DNA from: Promethearchaeota archaeon
Lineage (GTDB): Archaea; Asgardarchaeota; Lokiarchaeia; Sigyniarchaeales; SOKP01
Length of the DNA: 64,000 nt
Direction: 5' to 3'
Assembly: GCA_030599585.1 (NCBI GenBank)
Contig: JAUVNS010000010.1
Span: 32,001-96,000 of the forward strand
The position numbers and the translations under genes are program-made. A model generated the notes under the pieces. That model worked only from the letters and a program-made list of their open reading frames with translations. It was not told the DNA's origin and did not search any database. The stretch's first letter is position 1, and each line of letters opens with the position of its first letter. Shown piece by piece: positions 8,001 to 17,824 of this stretch.

Positions 8001-10271
8001 ATGTCTGAAATCAAAATTTTTGTTGATGTAACCGAAAGCTCATCCAATAAAGTAGTTATTTGTCAAGAAAATGCCACTAAACTAGGAATAAAAAGTGGCG
8101 ATTCTATAGAAGTTTTTAATTTAGATAATGATAAAACAACAACTGCCGTAGTTGAAATTTCAAATATGGTATTAGATTTTGCTGGTCAAGTTTCTAAGGA
8201 CATAGTCGATTCACTAGAATTTAAGGGCGTTGAATTATTACTTCGGCCAATGAGCAGTGCAGAGTTGCTTACTCCTAAAATACAAATACCGAAAGTCCCC
8301 AGTGTCAAACCGGTAGCAACACCACCGCCAAGACCAACGCAATCTACATTAACACCTTTACCAACAAGACCTACTCAAATGCAAACCCAAAAACCAACGC
8401 CATTACCTCTTCCTACTCAACACCCAGTACCACCTATAAGCGGACATGTTCCACTTCCCACCAAAACACCCGAACCAACGCCACCACCACAAATAACCCC
8501 CCCACCAAGTCTACCACCTACGCCAATTCCTATACCTACCCCACCACCACAACCTACCTTAGCACCTACACCTCAATTGAGCCCTACCCCCATACCCCCT
8601 TCACCAGTGCCCTTACCACAAGCTCCGCCACCTCAAATGATCCCCCCTTCTCCGAGTCAAACACCTCTTCCCACTATTGGACAAGAAGTGGGAGTTCCAA
8701 TTGCTCCTGCCGATCCTTACCCTAATAGAATTGATGTCAACATGTTAAATAGTCAAAAGAACGGTATAGTATTAACTCCCGTGATAAATGATTCTATCGA
8801 AGGTGGACGAATTCAAGTGAGTGGTTTTGTAATTCAACAGTTAGGATTAGGACAAGGTATGCTTATTGGTTGGGAAGATCCTCTCACGCGAGCTGTGGGT
8901 TCCGCTAGAATTGATCAAGCAACAATTGCTCCCACCGAAATTCGAATGAGTAGGGATACGAAAGAAGATACTAATGTTTATAGTCAACAAATTGTTGTTT
9001 ACTCTACTGAACCCCCCATCCAAAAAACATCTGAACTTATGTTAGAAGTACAATCACAACCTAATTTAATGGGTTATGCTCTTGTAAGCCCTCGAACACA
9101 ACATACGCTCTCACTTGTCCAGGATAATGTTCTTGCGTTTGAAGATGAACTTACTGGAGCTGTTGGAGCAGGTAAAGTAGAAATTTTAGAATCTGTTCCC
9201 GACAACACCATTATTATAGATAGCGAGATTTTAGAGGCGTCAGGGATTGGAAGTTTCGAAGTAAAAGTGTATAAAAACTTGCGACCAATTATTCCCCTAC
9301 AAAACATATCATTAGGTATTTCACCAATCTCAGGTGAAAATATGTGGGAAATTATTAGCACGGCGCGACAAAATGTAGATTCCTTGAAAGGTTGGCTAGC
9401 AAACTATGTAATTTTTAAAGGGATTAAGCTTAGATGGAACGCAGTAAATATTGCGTGTTCAATTTTAACGACTACTCCAGATTTGACAGGGGATATTCTA
9501 GCCACAGTTAACGAAAATACGGCAATTAATCTGAGCCCAACGGGACTAGTACCTTTTAACGCTATTTTGATAATAGATATTAGCCGTTCGATGATGGCCA
9601 GGGATGTACTCGTCCAAAACATAGCCCCTGCAATTGAGGGCATTAAAGCAGCTATGGAATCTCCAGAAATTCAAGAATTCTTAAAACATTTTAAAGCAGG
9701 TGTTAACATTCCAAGGAGAATATCTGCTGCTTTTGCAGCTGTTCTATTCTTAAGCGAAAAGGTTGGACGTGGATTTGGAGAAAAAGTCTCAGTGATTAGA
9801 TTTGCGGACGAAGCTCAGATATTACCGTTTGGAAGCAGTTACTACATGGATTCTGCTAGCGGTAAGAAAGGCGTATTAGAAGATGCTGCACGCATGATTG
9901 TTGACCGAATTGGAAATAGTTACGGTCAATCTACGAATATGGGAAGTGCTATGGTCAAAGCGCATCAAGTTTTGACTGAATTTGATAAGCTCAGCCTTGG
10001 TAATCCGCAGCCTACTATGATCATACTCTTAACAGATGGGATTCCGACAGATGGAGATGAGTTTCTCAAAGCTATTAAAATGTTTGCAGAAAATCCAAAT
10101 GTTGTAATATATATTGTCGGTCTTGGAAATCCGGATGATCAAATGATGACAAGGGCGGCTGTATTGTGTGGTGGAGAGTATTTCAAACCAGACGATGCAG
10201 GAGAATTACTAATTTGGTATTCTAAACGAGCTCGAGATTTAACTGTAAAAATGAAGGCTCATAAAGATTAA
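8001..10271 (+). CDS. protein with Cdc48-N-like (double-psi beta-barrel) repeats, Pro-rich linker and C-terminal vWA domain
   Basis: Three barrel-like repeats (KLGIKSGDSIEV, QLGLGQGMLIGW, TLSLVQDNVLAF); Pro-rich stretch at about aa 92-241; vWA MIDAS DISRS, STNMG, ILLTDG, YIVGLG, CGGEYF. Confidence 0.75.
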   Translation: MSEIKIFVDVTESSSNKVVICQENATKLGIKSGDSIEVFNLDNDKTTTAVVEISNMVLDFAGQVSKDIVDSLEFKGVELLLRPMSSAELLTPKIQIPKVPSVKPVATPPPRPTQSTLTPLPTRPTQMQTQKPTPLPLPTQHPVPPISGHVPLPTKTPEPTPPPQITPPPSLPPTPIPIPTPPPQPTLAPTPQLSPTPIPPSPVPLPQAPPPQMIPPSPSQTPLPTIGQEVGVPIAPADPYPNRIDVNMLNSQKNGIVLTPVINDSIEGGRIQVSGFVIQQLGLGQGMLIGWEDPLTRAVGSARIDQATIAPTEIRMSRDTKEDTNVYSQQIVVYSTEPPIQKTSELMLEVQSQPNLMGYALVSPRTQHTLSLVQDNVLAFEDELTGAVGAGKVEILESVPDNTIIIDSEILEASGIGSFEVKVYKNLRPIIPLQNISLGISPISGENMWEIISTARQNVDSLKGWLANYVIFKGIKLRWNAVNIACSILTTTPDLTGDILATVNENTAINLSPTGLVPFNAILIIDISRSMMARDVLVQNIAPAIEGIKAAMESPEIQEFLKHFKAGVNIPRRISAAFAAVLFLSEKVGRGFGEKVSVIRFADEAQILPFGSSYYMDSASGKKGVLEDAARMIVDRIGNSYGQSTNMGSAMVKAHQVLTEFDKLSLGNPQPTMIILLTDGIPTDGDEFLKAIKMFAENPNVVIYIVGLGNPDDQMMTRAAVLCGGEYFKPDDAGELLIWYSKRARDLTVKMKAHKD

Positions 10272-10397
10272 AAACTAATTTCTTTTCTGTTTTACTTAAT
10301 TTATCATAGGGTTCTTCAATGATAAAATATCAATAAAATTCTAATAGAGATTTTTGACTATACTACAAAAACGATTTTCATAAATAATTGAATTAAA

Positions 10398-12572
10398 ATG
10401 GTTAATAAATCTCAGAATGTGCTGTATTTAGATCACACTCAACCTCTTGAAGCTAGAATAGGTGATTTAATCTCCCGAATGACGTTAGATGAAAAAATTT
10501 CACAAGTCATTAACGATGCTGAAGGAATCGAACGATTAAATATTCCAAAATATAATTGGTGGAGTGAAGCTCTTCATGGAGTCGGATTTTCCGGTATAGC
10601 GACTGTTTTTCCCCAAGCGATAGGGTTGGCAGCAAGTTTTAATGTAAATTTAATGGCAGAAGTTGCTGATGCTATATCAACCGAAGGAAGAGCTAAACAT
10701 CACGAAGCCGTAAGAAATAATAGTAGAAAGATCTTTCAAGGATTAACATTTTGGTCTCCAAATGTGAATATTTTTCGAGATCCTCGGTGGGGAAGAGGTC
10801 AAGAAACCTACGGAGAAGATCCTTTTTTAACCTCCAAAATGGGAATAACATTTATTCAAAACTTACAAGGTGATGATCCTCGATATTTAAAGCTAGTCGC
10901 TACACCCAAGCATTACATTGCCTATAGTGGATTAGAATCTGAAAGACACTTTTTTGATGCCAAAGTTAGTAATAAAGATTTATGGGAAACATACATGCCT
11001 GCGTTTGAAGCATGTATAATTGAAGGGCAAGCAGAGGCAATTATGGGAGCTTATAATCGAGTAAATGGAGAACTTTGTTGTGCTAGCAAGTTTTTACTAA
11101 AAGAAGTATTGAGAGATAAATGGGGATTTAAAGGCCATGTTGTTTCGGACTGTGGAGCAATAAATGACATATTTAAACATCATAAAGTAGTTGAAACTCC
11201 TGAAGAGGCTGCAGCTCTAGCATTTAATAGCGGATTAGATTTGATTTGTAAAATTGGGGTGACAAGGAGAACGCGAAAAGAACGGTGGAAATGGCTCAAA
11301 GATGCTGTTGAAAAAGAGTTGCTCAAAGAGTTTACTCTCGACGAGTCGTTAAAAAATCTATTTCGAGCGAAGTTTTTACTTGGCATGTTTGATCCCCCAG
11401 AACTGGTAAAATACACGAAAATACCATACGAAAAAAATGACTGTAAAGAGCATCGCCAGCTGGCTTTAGAAGCTGCTAGAGAATCTATTGTGCTTCTAAA
11501 GAATCAAGACGGAATTTTACCGCTGAGAAAAGATGTAAACACAATTGCAGTAATAGGGCCAAACGCTGATAATCGGGACGTTCTATTGGGAAATTATAAC
11601 GGAGAACCTTCAGAATACACAACTATCCTTGAGGGGATTAAGAACAGAACTTCCCCAGATACTGAAATCTTATTTGCGAAGGGTTGTCCTTTGAAAGAAA
11701 AATCTAAAGAAGGTTTTGAAGAAGCGAAAACCATTGCTCAGAAATCCGATATTGTTTTTTTAGTATTAGGTATCTCACCGCGACTTGAGGGTGAAGAAGG
11801 TCAGGCATCACAGTCTGATCTTGGTGGAGATAGATTAGATATAAATTTACCAGGAGTTCAAGAAGACCTTTTGAAGGAAATCTTCGCCATTGGTAAGCAA
11901 ATTATTCTAATACTCACAGGAGGAAGCGCTATATCTGTGAATTTTGCACAAGAAAACATACCTGCAATATTATTTGTGTGGTATCCAGGAGAAGAGGGGG
12001 GAAATGCTGTAGCTGATGTGATTTTCGGCGACTACAATCCTGCTGGAAGATTACCGGTTACGTTCTATAAATCTATTGAACAGTTACCAGAGTTTAGGAA
12101 TTATAGCATGGAAGGGAGAACATATCGATATTTTAAAGATATTCCGTTGTATTCCTTTGGATTTGGTCTCAGTTATACTAAATTTAGATATTCTAACCTT
12201 AGTTTTTCTAATGAAATGCTAGATGTTAGTGAGACTTTAGAGGTGGAAGCTGAAATTGAAAACATAGGGGGAAGTAATGGAGAGGAAGTGATCCAACTTT
12301 ATATATCAAGAAAAGATGCTCGTTTCAGAGTACCTATTAGAGAGTTGAAAGGTTTTAAGCGCATTTTTTTAAAAAAAGATCAAAGGAAAAAAATTTCATT
12401 CAAACTAATGCCTAAAGATTTTTCAGTTGTAAATCTAAATGGAGAAAGATTTTTAGAGCCAGGAATGATTACTATATCAATCGGGGGATGTCAGCCAGGA
12501 TATGACTTAGAAAAAGACGGTTTAGTTATGAAGGATGTTTCTATTATAGGGAAGGCAAAGCACCTTGAATAA
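10398..12572 (+). CDS. GH3 beta-glucosidase/beta-xylosidase
   Basis: WSEALHG, RDPRWGRGQETYGEDP, KHY, VVSDCGA nucleophile motif, C-terminal Fn3-like domain. Confidence 0.95.
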   Translation: MVNKSQNVLYLDHTQPLEARIGDLISRMTLDEKISQVINDAEGIERLNIPKYNWWSEALHGVGFSGIATVFPQAIGLAASFNVNLMAEVADAISTEGRAKHHEAVRNNSRKIFQGLTFWSPNVNIFRDPRWGRGQETYGEDPFLTSKMGITFIQNLQGDDPRYLKLVATPKHYIAYSGLESERHFFDAKVSNKDLWETYMPAFEACIIEGQAEAIMGAYNRVNGELCCASKFLLKEVLRDKWGFKGHVVSDCGAINDIFKHHKVVETPEEAAALAFNSGLDLICKIGVTRRTRKERWKWLKDAVEKELLKEFTLDESLKNLFRAKFLLGMFDPPELVKYTKIPYEKNDCKEHRQLALEAARESIVLLKNQDGILPLRKDVNTIAVIGPNADNRDVLLGNYNGEPSEYTTILEGIKNRTSPDTEILFAKGCPLKEKSKEGFEEAKTIAQKSDIVFLVLGISPRLEGEEGQASQSDLGGDRLDINLPGVQEDLLKEIFAIGKQIILILTGGSAISVNFAQENIPAILFVWYPGEEGGNAVADVIFGDYNPAGRLPVTFYKSIEQLPEFRNYSMEGRTYRYFKDIPLYSFGFGLSYTKFRYSNLSFSNEMLDVSETLEVEAEIENIGGSNGEEVIQLYISRKDARFRVPIRELKGFKRIFLKKDQRKKISFKLMPKDFSVVNLNGERFLEPGMITISIGGCQPGYDLEKDGLVMKDVSIIGKAKHLE

Positions 12573-12675
12573 AAACTTATCATATTTTTCATTTAATCTT
12601 TTTCGATACAAGAATATTGTATAAAATTTTTATACTTATAATTTAATAATAATTATAATTAAAAATGTACAAAAT

Positions 12676-13092
12676 GTGTTCAGAATAATGAAAGAAGTTA
12701 AAATTCTAAATATTGATGAGCGCGGTAGGATCGTAATTCCACAAATTGTAAGAAAATCTTTAGGAATTACAACAAATTCACAGTTGATGATGATCAGTGA
12801 CTCAGAAGCCAAGGAAATTAAGATTACTCCAGTAGGTTTGCGGAGTGAAAGTGATCTCATTAAACTGAGGATTTCAATGGGAGACACTCCGGGAGCATTA
12901 GCTAAATTGGCAACAGCTTTTGGAGATTTAAATCTTAGCATGATGTATAGTGAGGCAGTAATTGTCGAAAAGGATAAAACTGCGGTGTGGACGGTAATCT
13001 CGGAGAGTCCAAGTTTTCCCATAGAAGAGCTACAAAAAATATTAAAAGAAAAAGGAGAAGCTCTCAAAGTTGAGATCCTTTCTTTAGAATGA
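12676..13092 (+). CDS. AbrB/SpoVT-family DNA-binding protein fused to an ACT domain
   Basis: IDERGRIVIPQIVRKSLGI (AbrB) and DTPGALAKLATAF (ACT); ATG at 12688 is an alternative start. Confidence 0.85.
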   Translation: MFRIMKEVKILNIDERGRIVIPQIVRKSLGITTNSQLMMISDSEAKEIKITPVGLRSESDLIKLRISMGDTPGALAKLATAFGDLNLSMMYSEAVIVEKDKTAVWTVISESPSFPIEELQKILKEKGEALKVEILSLE

Positions 13093-13130
13093 GTGAATGT
13101 TGACAAAAAAGTGAGTGTTAAGCAAATCAA

Positions 13131-13859
13131 ATGGCAAAGAAAAAAAAGAAAGATAAAGAAAAGAGCAAAGTTGAATCTCCTACTCCGAATCTAGATAATG
13201 TGTTAAAGTCGTCAAAGAAAACCCAATCTACTTTACATGGATTACTTAAAGTAGTCACCGAAGAAAAAAGTTTTATCTCTCCGGATGAGAAAGAAGAAAA
13301 GATAGCCCCACAACTTTCATATGAAACTAAGAAGCAAATTGCTGAAGATTACGCCATGGAAAAAGTTCCGCTTTCAGAAGGAACACCCCTTAAGAAGAAA
13401 ATCCCCATTTCAGAAAATTCTGAAGCAGTAGAAAGTTCAGAAAATGCTGATGCTCAAACATCAAGTACTACTAAAACACCTTCATTCTCAAAGAAAGAGA
13501 ACATCTACGAAAAGTTAACTGTATTTTTTGAAGAAATATTTGATGGGTATGTAGATAGATATAACCAGTGGGAAAATTCTATATCCTCCATTCTTTCAAT
13601 CCTTAGGAAAATGAGGAAAATTACAAAAAAAAATACGGAGGAACTAGTCACCTCAGTAGGTGGTCTTTATGAAAAAATCCATTATAATTTGGATCAATTC
13701 AAATTAAAAAGAGACGAAGTTGAAAAGATTACCGATGTAGATGTTGAATCTATGTCACATGAATTTAAAAAAGTACTAGGATTATTAGAATTACAAGTGA
13801 AAGAATATCAATTTAAAAAGTTATCAGATGAGTTCGTTCATCAGCAGCAATCATTCTGA
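13131..13859 (+). CDS. hypothetical protein, disordered N-terminus and helical/coiled-coil C-terminus
   Basis: 242-aa ORF; Lys-rich start, heptad-like C-terminal half. Confidence 0.7.
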   Translation: MAKKKKKDKEKSKVESPTPNLDNVLKSSKKTQSTLHGLLKVVTEEKSFISPDEKEEKIAPQLSYETKKQIAEDYAMEKVPLSEGTPLKKKIPISENSEAVESSENADAQTSSTTKTPSFSKKENIYEKLTVFFEEIFDGYVDRYNQWENSISSILSILRKMRKITKKNTEELVTSVGGLYEKIHYNLDQFKLKRDEVEKITDVDVESMSHEFKKVLGLLELQVKEYQFKKLSDEFVHQQQSF

Positions 13860-13913
13860 TATAATTTATTGTTTTTTAATGCTCTCGCACTAATAAACTT
13901 AATAAGTAGAATC

Positions 13914-15098
13914 ATGGCAAATACTGAGAACAATTATTTAATTCCATTAATCCTCGATATTGGAAGTGATAATTTCAGATTAGGATGGGCAGGAGGAGAT
14001 TTTCCGGATATTATTGCTCCTAGTGTTTATGTTGATATTACTGATTATCTTTTTACTTCTGATATAAGCGGATCAGACACTATTAGTGGTTTAGAGGAAA
14101 TATTTCTTGATACTGATAAGCAAACTCAATTAGTTGGTTTTGATGCGCTTAAATACAAAAACATCTTGAAAATTCGAGAGTTTAGTAAAAAGAAGAATTA
14201 TAACATTCTTTCCAAGTTTTTTCTCCATTACTACCAACAATTAAACATTCCGGTGGAATCGCATTTCAAACAACCATTAATAATAATAACTCCCTTCTAT
14301 AAATCGGAATTAGAAAAAACAAAACTCCAAGATGTATTTTTTAATTCTTTAAATTTCCCCTATGTTTTGTTTTTACCCGAAAGTCAAGCGATCCTGTCGA
14401 CATTACAAAAATCTAGCGGAATCATCGTGAATATCGGGGAATCTTACACATCAATATCTTCAATTTTTCATGGATTTACCAACTTAATGGCAAGAGATAT
14501 GTTTCCAATAACAGGAAAAAAAATTACTAGTTATCTCCTAAATTTAATTTTAAGCAAGATAAGCTCCTCAAAAAATACCTACCTCGATAAAACAATTGCT
14601 AAAGAGATCAAAGAGAAATTATCCCTTTGCGTCCTCGATCCTACCGGAGAAAAGAAAAGAGTTAAAGAAGGTTTAACCAAATACGATCGAATCGTGGATT
14701 TACCAGATGGTAGTAAATTAAAATTGAATTCTGAGCGATTTCTCTTATCAGAACCTCTAATGGATCCTAAGATCATTCATATCGATTACATGGGATTAGC
14801 AGAAGCTATTTCGAAAGTAGTAATGTCGTGGGACAGAGAGAATTGGGAGGAACTCCTTTCAAATGTTATACTTTCAGGAGGGAGTAGTGTGATTACGGGA
14901 TTAAGCGAAAGAATCGAAGTTGAATTGCAAAGATTTTTTTCAGATAAGTTGGGACCAAAAATAAAAGTAGTAGCAGCCTCCGGAAGAGAAAATATGGGTT
15001 GGATTGGAGCTTCTGTTCTATTTTCAAAAGATCAATTAAAAAAAGGATGGATTGAGAATCCTTCTCATCAGGAGTTAGAGCAACAACAAGCTGATTAG
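13914..15098 (+). CDS. divergent actin-related protein
   Basis: LILDIGSDNFRLGWAG, NIGES, EIKEKL, LPDG, ERFLLSEPL, VILSGGSS, WIGASVL; ATG 13914 preferred to TTG 13869. Confidence 0.92.
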   Translation: MANTENNYLIPLILDIGSDNFRLGWAGGDFPDIIAPSVYVDITDYLFTSDISGSDTISGLEEIFLDTDKQTQLVGFDALKYKNILKIREFSKKKNYNILSKFFLHYYQQLNIPVESHFKQPLIIITPFYKSELEKTKLQDVFFNSLNFPYVLFLPESQAILSTLQKSSGIIVNIGESYTSISSIFHGFTNLMARDMFPITGKKITSYLLNLILSKISSSKNTYLDKTIAKEIKEKLSLCVLDPTGEKKRVKEGLTKYDRIVDLPDGSKLKLNSERFLLSEPLMDPKIIHIDYMGLAEAISKVVMSWDRENWEELLSNVILSGGSSVITGLSERIEVELQRFFSDKLGPKIKVVAASGRENMGWIGASVLFSKDQLKKGWIENPSHQELEQQQAD

Positions 15099-15132
15099 AC
15101 AATTTCAAAAAGTTTTAAAAAAATATGAATTA

Positions 15133-17721
15133 GTGGAAATAATGGTTATTAAGTTAAGCACGCGATCAGAATTCTTAAAGGAATTCCAACAGAAAATTAT
15201 TCAAGGAAGAAAACTATTACATACTTCAAATCATCTTTGGGCAGATAGATTACTAACTGATTTGTATTTTGATATCGAAAAAACTGAATGGCTCGATATC
15301 CAAAAAAAACACCAACTAATAATGATTATATCAAATTCTTGGTGGATGTATATCAATTCTTTGATCCGTAGGACTGACGAAGGTATTGATATAGATTTTA
15401 TTAGATATATTGATGCATACAAACGCTTTTTCTCGTTTTTGTCTAAATTAGATGATTTTTACTTACTCAACAATTTTGCAACTAACTTACTTAAATCGTT
15501 TACTAAAATGGATTCGTTATCTCAATCGGGTATAACAAAATTTATAAATTCATTTTGCGTTAAAGTAAGTGAAAGGGAAAACTACATCAAACTAATTGAA
15601 TTGCAGCTAGTTTTGATGTATTTAAGGAAATCTGTCCTCCCTCAAGAGTTTTTTCATTTAAGTATGGAAGTTTTAGGGAGAACGATTTTTAAACTCGAAC
15701 CTGGGAAACGGGCTCTATTTCTTTATGTCTTTATAGAAAATGTGAACGAAAATTTTCAACTTATGGAGGATTCTGAAGAATTCGTAAAGTCAATGATTAA
15801 AATCTTGGTAAATAGAATCCCCGGTTATTTAAAGAACGAATTTAGTAATTTAGGTAAGATTTCAATTAACGAACGAAATTTTAACACAATTTTAGTGGAT
15901 TTAGAGGAATTAATATATTACCTAAACAACATTGGAGAGCATTCTTGGATAATAACCGTCATCAAAAATCTATTTTCTAAAATTCACGCGTACCAATCAT
16001 ATGGAGATGCCGTCACTTATATCAGGAAATTTATAGATTTTGCAATTACGAGAAATAGATTCGAAATTGCGTTCCAAATCTACGATTTTCTCGAGGACCT
16101 GTTCTTGTACCAGACGGATCTTGGATACGATAACATTCTGATTGAACTTTGGGTTGAGGCGTGCAAAAAATTTGTAGAAATGAAGGAGAAAAAGTATCTT
16201 CTCCAATCTATTGAAAAGTTAAATACACATTTGAAAATTCCTCAAACTAATGCTCAATTATACCACTTCTTTTATACAAGTAATTTCTTATGGAAATTTA
16301 AGTCACTATTTTTCTCGTTAGAGCAAAAAGATTACTGGCGAATGATGTTTTATCGTGTGCTATATGAGCAAAAAGATTTTAATCTCGCTCAAAAAATATT
16401 ACCGTTTTTAGAGAAAAACTTGAGGAACGTAATTAGTGATCCACTTTCTTTATATAACGAGACTGAATCACTTAGAAGAGAAATTTATTCTTTTGAAGAG
16501 GAAAACTTACTTTTTACAGGGTTAGAGGAAGGATTTGTAATAAAACAGATGATTTTTAGGATCAACCATGATGGTTTAATTTCTATTCGGATGATATCTG
16601 TTGATGAAAAAATTGTGGAAGGAACAATTTTCAACGAATATTGGAACGATGCACATATAATAGATATTTATAATGACATTTTCTCCTACAATCAAGAAAA
16701 AAAATATGACTTTAGCGTAAAAGAATTCGGTAGATTACTATACGTATTTCTCCCAATTAACATTCGCACTTTTTTAGAGCAGTTTGAGATTAAGTCTTTG
16801 AATATTACACCTGAAATTTATTTTATTTTAGATGAAATGACGATTCCTTTCGAATTAGTTTATGACAATAATTTTTTCTTATTAAAATATTCCATTGGGT
16901 ATATTATTGGAGAACCACCTCTTGGAGGGGTTGCTTTTGGGCACGATATGGTTGAAAAAGAAGGAAATCTAACGAAGGTCAATGTTCTGATCGTCGATTC
17001 TATAAATAGCACAGGACCTATAAGATGGAACGCAGAAACTAAATCTAAAGAACTAATATTTCCTTTTGAAGCGGGAATTAATGAATTTAATTATATTACT
17101 GAATTTTTCAACGGTCGCGAAGAAGTTAATAACATAGCGATCTTAGTGGGCCCCGATTCTTCTCGAGATAAGATCCTATCTCATATAGAAACAGGATCGA
17201 ATCATATCATTCATTTTGTTGGAAATATTTTTTATTCAAAGTGGAATCCGCGAGACAGCTTTTTCCTCACCAACGATAACGAAATAGTAACATTTAATGA
17301 AATTAACAAGTCAATACAAGCGAACCCTAACGCAGAAAAACCGTTTTTATTTTTTAATTCTCAAATTTATGATATTGAAGGTAAAAAGTTAAAGAATGTT
17401 CTGCGTACGTTTGGAGAAATTGTAGAATATTTCGATTATGAGAGAATTACGGGGATAATGTCCAGAAATTATCCGATTTTTAACGATGAGACGAAGGAAA
17501 TAATCGCTAATTTTTATATCAACTTATTCAATGATAAAAGTCAGGGAGTTTCCCTTGTGAAAGCACGGCAAGCATGTATGGCAAATAAAATGACTAAACT
17601 TGTAGAGAAGAAATTTAACGAGTTATCCGCAGAGGAAGGCGTAAAGAATATTGATCTAGAAGGATCCTTAGCGATATCAAGCTATATGCTTTTTGGCAAA
17701 CCTTGGAAAAAATTAAGTTAG
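15133..17721 (+). CDS. alpha-solenoid protein with C-terminal CHAT (caspase/separase-like) domain, catalytic dyad substituted
   Basis: CHAT motifs FGRLLY, IPFELVYD, FLLKYSIG, IIHFVGN (cf. HFAGH), FFNSQ (cf. LNAC), FYINL, SLVKARQ, YMLFGKP. Confidence 0.75.
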   Translation: MEIMVIKLSTRSEFLKEFQQKIIQGRKLLHTSNHLWADRLLTDLYFDIEKTEWLDIQKKHQLIMIISNSWWMYINSLIRRTDEGIDIDFIRYIDAYKRFFSFLSKLDDFYLLNNFATNLLKSFTKMDSLSQSGITKFINSFCVKVSERENYIKLIELQLVLMYLRKSVLPQEFFHLSMEVLGRTIFKLEPGKRALFLYVFIENVNENFQLMEDSEEFVKSMIKILVNRIPGYLKNEFSNLGKISINERNFNTILVDLEELIYYLNNIGEHSWIITVIKNLFSKIHAYQSYGDAVTYIRKFIDFAITRNRFEIAFQIYDFLEDLFLYQTDLGYDNILIELWVEACKKFVEMKEKKYLLQSIEKLNTHLKIPQTNAQLYHFFYTSNFLWKFKSLFFSLEQKDYWRMMFYRVLYEQKDFNLAQKILPFLEKNLRNVISDPLSLYNETESLRREIYSFEEENLLFTGLEEGFVIKQMIFRINHDGLISIRMISVDEKIVEGTIFNEYWNDAHIIDIYNDIFSYNQEKKYDFSVKEFGRLLYVFLPINIRTFLEQFEIKSLNITPEIYFILDEMTIPFELVYDNNFFLLKYSIGYIIGEPPLGGVAFGHDMVEKEGNLTKVNVLIVDSINSTGPIRWNAETKSKELIFPFEAGINEFNYITEFFNGREEVNNIAILVGPDSSRDKILSHIETGSNHIIHFVGNIFYSKWNPRDSFFLTNDNEIVTFNEINKSIQANPNAEKPFLFFNSQIYDIEGKKLKNVLRTFGEIVEYFDYERITGIMSRNYPIFNDETKEIIANFYINLFNDKSQGVSLVKARQACMANKMTKLVEKKFNELSAEEGVKNIDLEGSLAISSYMLFGKPWKKLS

Positions 17722-17824
17722 AAAAATGATTCTAAAATTATGTAGGAATACCTTCGTTTTACTTAAACTTAATTAAAAGTATTTATATTAGAAAATTAAA
17801 TTTAGAAGCATAAAATGGTCTAAA

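Noticed and set aside
12636-13130. 164-aa minus-strand ORF and other short antisense ORFs in the track
   Set aside because: They overlap well-supported genes on the opposite strand and show no recognisable motifs
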